Part shown: piece after piece, positions 55,365 through 64,000 of the stretch
How the letters are laid out: each line of letters starts with the position of its first letter
Numbering within the stretch: position 1 is the first letter of the stretch
Source: the human T2T-CHM13v2.0 reference genome, Homo sapiens
Direction: 5' to 3' (one strand)
Assembly: GCF_009914755.1 (NCBI RefSeq)
Contig: NC_060930.1
Length of the DNA stretch: 64,000 nt
The notes under the pieces: model-generated
Database searches by the model: none
Seen by the model: only the letters and a program-made list of their open reading frames with translations
What the model was told of the DNA's origin: nothing
Made by a program: the position numbers and the translations under genes

Positions 55365-55700
55365 CCTCACGGCCCTCTGGCCCAGGCCTGCTGTAGCAAC
55401 ATGGAGAGCTCTTCATCGTCTGCTTCATCTGATCAAACCCTGCCCTCTGTTCAGGTCTCAGTTCCAATGCCATTCCCTGGATAACACGTTTCCTTCAGGC
55501 AAGGCAGCTGCCAGGGACATGTCTGTGAGCCACTCCCTCATAGCACCCAGCACAATTTGAAACCCAACATTGATTTGTGTGATTATTTGATTAATGTCTC
55601 CCTCGCCTCCAAGACAGACCTCACCTAATTGAGCTGAACATCTTTCCCGGCCTCTGGCACTTAATAGGTACTCAATAAATATTTGTAGAATGCATGAATG
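55365..55700 (+). mobile_element. L2 3' end
   Basis: 'tgattatttgattaatgtctccctc...ctggcacttaataggtactcaataaatatttgtagaatgcatgaatg'. Confidence 0.85.
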
Positions 55701-56189
55701 CCAGGGTCGATGTGAGTTCTCTCCTTTTCCGCACACTCACCTGTGTAGCCCTCGTTCATTGGGCAGTTGGTTTGGATGACTTGGCTGCCCTGTACCACGA
55801 GGCGAGGTGGCCCAGGGAGAGAAGAGGGATGAGGCGCAGAGGGAGTGGGAGGCCCGTCTGACTGTCATGGGCATAAAGGTGACGGGGGAGGAAACCCAGA
55901 GAAACTTACAGAACAACAGTGAAGGGCTGGCAGAGGAAGATGGCCCAGTATCGGGGGAGGGGGAGTGAGAGGAGGTTCGAGAAGAAGACCAAAGGGGTAA
56001 CGTAACGAGAAATGTCTGTGCCATTGCTGGGGGCTGGGGGCAGAGTTGGAAGGGGCGGGCAGGGCTGTTGCTGCAGATGCCACGAGGGAAACGTTATTGG
56101 GTGCTGGCCCAGGTGTGGGCAGAGGCACCCTCGAGGGCTGAGGTAAAGTGCACACCCAGCATAAAGAAAAGGGAACCGAGGGTTTTAAA

Positions 56190-56710
56190 GCTGGTGCAGC
56201 CTTTCTGGAGGGCCATCTAACAAAAAATATTTAAATAGAAATAAAAAGCAGAGCCATTTTTGAGACTCTCTCCAACAGAAATAATACAGAACGCCGTGAG
56301 GATAAGCATAAAGGGATAGTTGTGGCAGCCTGGCAGTGTTTAAAAACACGGGGAACAACCTGAGTGCCTGCTAAATGGGGAGCCCTTACACTCATGGCAC
56401 ATCCACAGAATGGGGTGCAGTGCAGTCTCACAGAGTGTGGCTGGGCATGTACACTGATCTGATGTGGAACCATGTTGGTACATGGCTTGAAATGAAGCAA
56501 GCTGCAGAATAATATGTGTACTGGGATCTCATATATGTTTTTGAAACCAACTCCTACTTATGTGCATAAAACTACATTATGTTTGCGTGTAGTAAACTCT
56601 GGAAGGACACATGCTCCACCTTTAACACCATTCAGGGCAGGGTGAGAGGAACTCACACATTTGACTCTTCAGTGTTCTTGAAATAAACATGGATTTCTTC
56701 TGTAATAAAA
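56190..56710 (+). mobile_element. Old L1ME 3' fragment
   Basis: 'ctggtgcagcctttctggaggg', 'gaaatgaagcaagctgcagaataatatgtgta', 'tctggaaggacacatgc'. Confidence 0.75.
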
Positions 56711-57761
56711 AGGAAAAGGAAAGGTTGTAGGATGTGGCAACGAAGAGGGGACTGAGTCTCTGGGGGATGAGACCCATGAGCTGGTGGGAGAGGAGGCCAA
56801 TTATGCCAGATGAAATGGACAGGAAGGGTGGGCGGGCCTTCCATAGATTGGGAAGATCCTCCAGATAATTCTGATAAATGGCAATTTTGAAAGAGGACGC
56901 TAGCTTAAGGAAGGGGGGTAGTGGAGGGAAGGTTTAAATCTAATGGGAGGTAGGCTGTGGGGGAGGGAGGTGAGGGCAGAAGGAACTTAACATAAATCTG
57001 GGGAGAGGGATACTTGGCTGCAGGGCCAGCCTGGGGTGAGCAGAAAGGCTGGCATGTCCCAAAGCCCAGGGAAAGGCATAACCCTACAAAAGGGCAAGGA
57101 GCACATTGGAGGTAATGGGAGACATGGACAGATGACGTGAGGCTGGAGGGCTAGGGGGGAGTTCACAATTGATGGCCGAGGTGTTTATCAGTGAACTAAG
57201 AGTGGATGTTGTCAACTGATAGAGACGAGAGTTTGAGGGTAATGATAAACTCTGGGAATTGGGGGAAAAGGGCCAGCATGAATTAGCAAAACTGACTGGT
57301 AGGCAGCAGCAGAGGGGGCCCTGCCCTGCTGAGCTGTGAACTATACATTTGTGATGGAAGAAACTGGTAGTTATGCATTTTTCTCTTAGCAGAGCTAAAG
57401 TATAAGGCTTAAGAAAATGAAAGGTTCCACTGTTCCAAGGCTGGAGACCAGCAAGGCAAGCCCAGCATAAAGAAAAGGGAACCAAGGGTTTTAAACAGAT
57501 TGACCATGAGGTAGAGAAAAACATGATATGTAACCGAAGGGCTTCAAGTTGGGATGAGCAGCCATAACGTGTTTCCAGAGAAGGGAGTGGTGGGAAGCCA
57601 AGGCGGGGGATCCACAGGTAATGCTGGGTTCAAGGTTTGGCTGTGGGGATGGTTTGCAGAAGTGGAGATGAGCAACAAGTCCCCTTGGGGGTTGATACAA
57701 TTGTTTAGGCTGAGCCGTATGGGGCAGAGATAAAACTGGTGAGTCTGAGGCCAGAGCTCTC

Positions 57762-58070
57762 CATTCATTCATTCATTCAACAAATATTTATTGAGCATCT
57801 ACTATGTGCTAGGCATTCTTCTAATAAGCTCCTGTGGGGATGTAAATGTGGAAGTACATCGGGTTGTTGATAGATGAAGATGGGAAGGAGATGGTCATGT
57901 GGCATGAGAGGGCTCCAAGAGGAAGAGGAAGCATCACCAAGAGGGGTTAGAATGGTCAGGAGCGGGAGGAAAGAAGCCAGTAAGGCACAGTCCTGGAGGC
58001 CTTGCCTGAGGGAAGATAGAAAAGAGAAGAGCCTTACTGTAAATTTCAGAAGACTTGGAAGAGGAGCCAC
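57762..58070 (-). mobile_element. L2 (reverse)
   Basis: (CATT)n tail followed by 'caacaaatatttattgagcatctactatgtgctaggca'. Confidence 0.85.
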
Positions 58071-60399
58071 CCTCAGGGAAAGACAGGTTTTGGATAAGGG
58101 GAAGAGACGCCAGGAAGCGAGTGTCTGCGGCTTCCTCATGCAACGTGGCCTGCCTTCCCAATCCCCTCTGGGCTCACAGGCTGCTACCCAGCCAAGGGGA
58201 AGGGCAGGGTAAAGAGCAGGGGACATCTGTCCTCAGATATCACAAGGCTCTATCCCCAGGATTATGGCACTCTCCTTTGTGACCAGCTCTGGATTTTGGC
58301 CCTCGCCCACTGAATGCAAGTACAGAGAAACAAGAAGGCTAAAGAGGAACGGGTGGAGCAGATACAGTGCCAAGAGACAGGGTTCCGTGAGGAGCCCCAG
58401 ACATGGTGAACACAGAGGAGCAGAAGCCCCAGGACATTTCTGAGGGAAGAGGTAGATGAACACCGTGGCAGGGCTGGAAGACAGTCATACCCCGAGGAAA
58501 ATGTGACGCCCAAAGAAGCCAGGGCTACTGCAGGGCAATCACTAGACACATCTGGTTCCACCAAGTCTTAGGGGATCCCGTTAGACGGCAGCAGTCCCTC
58601 TGATGGCTTCTTCCTGTCGTTGGGCCACTCTGAGGCATGAGAAAGAAGAGGTCCGGGGGGCAATGGTGGGTCAGTGGTGCAGAAGAGCCTGGGTGGAGGT
58701 GGGCGGTGATGGCCTGGGCTCGCTCTGTGGCTCTCAGGGAGGCTGCCTTTCCTTCCACCTCGACACACCGGCCCTCTCCCACATTTTACTTTTCAGATGG
58801 AGGCTCCACTTTTTAGTGTCAGCTGCCTTTTCACCGGTCCCGTTCCCTCTACCACCAACCTTGTCATTTGACTTGAGTATCCTGGTCTTCGTCATTTGGC
58901 TTGACTATTCTGGTCTTCATTCCCTGTCCCTTGAGGTGTGGGTGTGGCAGGTCCCCTATGCACTCATGTCCATCAGCATGACAATTGCAATCAAGTTCTG
59001 CTTTTTAGGTTCCAAAGGAAGCTGGAGATGACCTAGAGCCTTTGGCTTCTCCGCCTAACATCCGCTTGGGCAGGTGGGCTGCTCTGAGTCTGGAATGGTC
59101 TTTTTGGAATGGCTAGAGGCAGGAGCCATTTGTGGGGGTGTGGAAAGTCACTGGTGGAAATATTTTCCTCCTTTTGTCCTGGAAAGCCTTTGGGATGCCC
59201 TCAGGGCTGGGTGAAAGCCAGCCAGAAGGTGATGGGCTGTTGCCCTTTCTTCTCCCAGCAGGGAAGGGGAGAGAAGGAGAACACGAAGTGAGGCATGGGA
59301 ATGAGACAATGGTGGGAAAAGAGGACGCTGGAAGGAAGATCTACTCTTCCAGTCTGCAGGTGGCCCCCGAGGAGCCGCAGTAGGTCATGGTAGGGGAGAA
59401 TTACAGGCGGGGAAAGTGCAAAGCTGCTTAGAAGAGGGTCCAGGGTGGAAGGGTGGAAAGCAGAAAGTCCTGGAAGTGGATCTGCTTCCAAGGTCGGGAG
59501 TGGGAACGTGGACGTGTGCTCACCTCACCTGCAGTTAAACTCCAAGGGGCTCCTTTGAGGAGAAAGAGGGGACACCGTTGCGGAGAATAGGGCTCCTTCC
59601 TTTTTCCTCCCCACCTCCCCACTGCGCAAATGCTGGAGGTTTGAGCAGTTAGGGTTCTCAGAAGGGCCTCGCAGACAGCACCAGTGGTTTATTGGGGGTT
59701 GGGAGGTGTGTCTTGAGGCTGGGCCATGAACTGGAAGTGTGGAGTGACTTTTTGCCTGGCCACACCCCCCAGCCACCCCTCCCGGGGCTTGGCCTTGGTC
59801 ACGGCCCATTCTGGAGCCTTGGGCTCAGCTCATGAGTGCACACTGCTTTCTGCTGGGACCAGCAGTCTCACAGTTGCCTGGAAACCATTCTGGTTTTTCA
59901 CAAACCTTTGCCTGCCTTTCATTCACCACACACAGGAAGAGCCTGCAGCTAGCAATGCTATGCACACTGTGTGGCCTGAGCTGTAAGAAAGGCCATAGCT
60001 AGAGCTTCTGCCAGGGCAGGGGCACTAAAGACAGACTTGCAGTTCAGCCACAGGACTAGGCCTCTCTGCTGCTGAGCTCCCAGCGGGGTCCCACTGCTCC
60101 CTCCATTATCCTTATAGGGCTCTCTCTGAGTGGATCTAAACCCTTCTTCAAATTTATTTTTAGCATAGAATACTCTACAGACAGAAGAGCTTACCTGCTT
60201 TATTCAATGGGTTCTTGCAGCCCAAGGGATGCCTTAGCCCTGATATTGTAGTATTCGTAGGCTGATTCATGATCCCTGCCGACATATCCTTAAAAGACTG
60301 GATAGATGCTACACACAGCTCAGCCCAGCCCTCTTCTTTCTAGAACACCCCCATCCCCAGCTGCCTGACACCCTTCTCTGGACTAGAAAAAGCCTTGTA

Positions 60400-60860
60400 A
60401 CATCTTGCTTCACCGACAACAGAGTGAGTGGGTTTCCTGTGCGGAAACACCTTGCTTGGGTGAAGTGTCAGATGAGGCTATATTTTGCTTGGTTGTTCGT
60501 CCTCCATCATTCTATTGGCCTCCTGTGCTCAGCGGCACCCGGATCCTCCTCCTTATCTCAGGGCCACACCTTACACTTGTCCACTCGGAATCTGTCTTCT
60601 ACTTCCCTGCGCCCTGGGCTGGTCCTTCTGCAGCTTCTCTCCCTGTGGTTGAAAATCTAACCACCCACTGTTGTCATTTCTCTTTTGTGTATCCCATTTC
60701 CCCATTGAAAATAGCATTCAATAAGACAGGTTCCAGCATGCCTCCTCTGACCACCCCACTGGTAACAGTTCTGCACTCAGAAACACACATGCTCAGCCCT
60801 GCTTTGGGGTTTTGCTTTTGGTAAACCATTTCTCTTATCCTTACAAATTTTTGAAACATC
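60400..60860 (-). mobile_element. CR1/L3 LINE reverse-transcriptase remnant
   Basis: Minus-strand translation SECRTVTSGVVRGGMLEPVLLN resembles the CR1 RT motif S.W..VTSGVPQGSVLGPVLFN. Confidence 0.65.
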
Positions 60861-62149
60861 ATCTTTCTGTCTCAGATTGCTTCCTCCTTAAAAACCCAGC
60901 CCCCAGGGACCTGCCTGTTTCATCTTTACCCCATGCCTCTAGTGGCTTTCTTGCTTAGCCAGGTGACACTTTTCAGACAGTTTAGGGATGGCATTGAGGT
61001 GGGAGGAAGGCAGGCTCTCTGGATCCTGCCCACCCCTGCCTTTCCCTTAGCCTTCCCTGCGGTGGTACAAACACACAGACCCTTTCAAGTGAGGGCTTCA
61101 TTGGCAATTCGTCCAGACAATACAAAAGGAGGGTCAATAAGGGGAAGGGACGAAGGCTCCAGGAAGGTCACTGGGTCCTTCTAGTTTACTTCCTGGTCCC
61201 TACTGCAGTGTCCATGACGATCCTCAGTCTGTCTTGGGTGTCTTGAATGGTGCTGATATAGTCCCCCTGTTTCTGCTCTTTCTCACATTCTTCTCCAGGG
61301 CCTGTTCCCAGCAAGATCCCTGTGCCCAATATCTTGCATTTGCATTGGAGAGGCACTGGCTGCGCCAGGAGAATGAAGTCGGAGAGATATCTCTCCAGGC
61401 ATCTCCCTGCTGGCTGGCGTGGGCTGCCTGCATCCCTCAGGGGAAGGCATGGCTCTGGCCTGGCTGCCCTCTCTGAGTCTGTTCATTGTATATGGAACCT
61501 TCTTTACCCACCTTGCACACCCTTGCTCTTTCAGGTTGTCTTCTACTCAAGGCAGCGGGTCCAAACTTTTGTCATGATAAAGAGTCAGATCACTGAGCTC
61601 TGCCAAAAATACCTGGTTTGGTAGGGTCTCGGCTCCTGCTGGCTCCCTGGCGGATACAGTCCTTCTCTCCAGTGTCGTTTCTCAACCTCTTAAATCCAGG
61701 TTTCCTCTCCGTAAATGGAAAAACCTCATGCTCTGCCAGCAATTCTAATGCACCTTTCAGGCACTTTGGGAAGCGCACCTCACCTAGGATGACTCGCGCC
61801 CTGGAGGCTCGGGAAGGACAGGCTGTTTGCTCTGCAGCCCATCTGCCAAGGTTTTGCCGAGCTCTACATTGGGTAGCTTGTATTGCGAAAACACTTGTTG
61901 GCTTATTTCCTAAATGCAAAATTCTAATATGCTTTGATTCAAAAGGAAACTCCCTGAGATTCTGAGGCCCTTCTGAGACCTCTAGGTAGAATGGCTGGAT
62001 AGGAGGCCTGAATTCTGGGAGAAGGGTGGGACCAGGGATGGGAGAGGTGTGAGAGTTTCCCACATTCTGTCTTAAGAGAAAAGCCCCAGAAGGAAAGAGA
62101 TTAACCCAGAATTTTGGAGAAAGTTGTCATTAAGAGGCAGGTGGAGGGA

Positions 62150-62950
62150 CTGGTTAAAAAAGGGTGAAAAAGTGGTGGGGTCGGGTGTAGAAAGAGAGCA
62201 ATTAGGAAAAGTGGCACTCCAGGAAGTTAAGGGACAAGTCTCAACAGAGAGCATGGGTGACAATGTCAAATGCCACCTAAATATTATGTGCTGGAGGCCT
62301 GAGCAGTGTCCTGTGGATTTAGCAAGGCTGCTGGTGAGCTCAGCACAAGCTGCTGCTGTGGGGTGAGTGGAGGGCGCATTGGTGCCACCAGGAGGGAAGG
62401 AAGGAGTGGCCCACTAGCAGCCTTAGTGGAAGATGCCCTAGAGAGGAGAGGGGTTGAGGATTTCTGGATCGAGGGAGAAGACTGCAGGGCTCAAATCCTG
62501 GAGAGGCTGGGGAGGAGGGTCCAGGGCCAGACCTTGGGAGAGAGGAGGCCCTGTCAACTGGCACATGGGAAGGTCAGGAGGCAGGCGAAGGCCGCTGGGC
62601 TCTGGGCCCTACTGTCCTCAGTGAAATAGCTGCTGAGGATATTTTCTGAGTGTCTGGCTAGTGGTTGCAAAAAGCCCAGAGGAGGTTGCAAGAGGTGAGG
62701 CAGCTGATCAAAGCAAGTGGAAGGGTAGGCCCCGAGGCCCAGCTGGAGAGGGAGGCAGAGGTTCCTGGTGCTGTGGCTGTGCAGAAGCAGCTTTCCTGCA
62801 GCCTGAGTGCCTGTGGAGCTGGGGTGGGAAGGCAGAGCGGACACTAGCCTGGGTTGGGGATTGTAAGGAGGCTGAGCTGAGCTGTAGGGACAAAGGCCCA
62901 GCGATGTGGATGCTGGTGAGAGCAGCTCCAAGAAGTGAAAGAAGGAAGGG
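62150..62950 (-). mobile_element. Degenerate L2 internal region
   Basis: Purine-rich 'ggatttagcaaggctgctggtgagctcagcacaagc...ggagggtccagggc' pattern typical of reverse L2. Confidence 0.45.
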
Positions 62951-63079
62951 AAGCCTGGATGTTGAGAACCCAGAGAGACTCTGGAGCCCTCCATGAGGTT
63001 GGAAAATGGGAACTTTTTTCTTTTTTTTTTTTTTTTACAATGACTATTTGATTATCTTTGTAGTCAGAAAAAAAAAAGT

Positions 63080-63468
63080 TGAAAAGTCAAACTGCCTGAA
63101 TGCCCGTTAACAGTATAATGGATAAATAAATTGTGTATTTCTACAATGGAATACAACTGCATGATACAGCTTCCAAACCTAACTGTCCCACATAAAAGGG
63201 CTAAATATTATTAGCAATCATTTGTGTAAGGTTCAAAAAACAGGCAAACGTAATCTGTGGGGTTAGATTCCAGGTTAATGATTATGTTTGGGGAGGGAGG
63301 TCACAGGAAAGTCCAGGGAGGGAGGCTGGTACTATTCTGATTGCTGACCTAGATGCTAGTCACATGGGTCTAGTCAGTCGTTGAAATGCACTGGCCTGGA
63401 AATTTATGACACGTGTGTGCATTTTTCTGTGTGTTTGTTCTACTTGCATCAAAAATTGACTTAAAACC
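63080..63468 (+). mobile_element. L1ME 3' fragment
   Basis: 'aatggataaataaattgtg...tacaatggaatac', 'gttcaaaaaacaggcaaa', 'tgtgcatttttctgtgtgt'. Confidence 0.85.
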
Positions 63469-64000
63469 AAAAAGACTAACATGAAGCAATTCCACTGGGG
63501 TTCGAGGCCAGTCACTTCTGCAGTCACCTGTAATAGATGTTGGTCCACCCTGTGGTCAGCCAGAAACAGCAACTGTCAAAGTGGTGGTGATCCTTCCTGT
63601 CCCCTGCTCAGGGGAAAGAGCCTCCGCCTCTGTCCCGGTCCCCTGCCCTCCATCCAGATGGTCAACCACACCGTAAACATGAAAGGCCATTTCCCCTCCG
63701 GAAGCCTCTGCTCTCCACCCATGGCTCTGCAAGTTGCACCCTGCACTGGGGGGCTCATCTGTGGGGCAGAGACCCAGCCCCAAGCAGCAGGCTGAGCAGG
63801 GTGCCAGCTGCCCTGGATCCACCCAGAGGGGGATACCTTTTTGTAATATACCCAAAGATGTGCAGTGGATTCAAAACAGCCCTGCTGCGGGTTTTGGGGG
63901 CAAATGTTTCTGAGGCCTTGCAATGTCTGGACCAGAAAAAGGATTCTGAGGCTTTCATAATAGTGTTAAATTAACAATAGTCACAGTGCCTATGGTGGGT

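Noticed and set aside
58540-58780. Possible fourth copy of the CpG-island module
   Set aside because: Only two short word matches, with no convincing collinearity by eye.

Overview
Primate (very likely human) GC-rich non-coding DNA with no intact protein-coding gene. Nearly all listed ORFs are chance ORFs or come from Alu or GT repeats. The window holds AluS/J elements, MIR, L2, old L1M fragments, a CR1/L3 remnant, hAT DNA transposons and several solo LTRs with visible target-site duplications (TSDs): LTR28-like, THE1, LTR15, LTR7 and MER4E. An LTR10C lacks a TSD. The main find is an L1-mediated processed retrocopy at 38265-39301, with a 13-bp TSD and a poly(A) tail, that comes from a chimeric mRNA. 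It joins BUB1 exon 1 (5'UTR plus MDTPENVL) to ANKRD36-family ankyrin exons, skips to C-terminal ANKRD36/ANKRD26-type exons, and is polyadenylated inside a MER1A transposon. Also present: an orphan CpG island built from a duplicated ~400-bp module with a CpG-decayed copy 3.6 kb away, minus-strand first-exon-like splice architecture, a TATA/intron/smORF micro-gene candidate, and several AT-rich motif-dense enhancer candidates. All family and gene names come from recalled consensus sequences, not from database searches.
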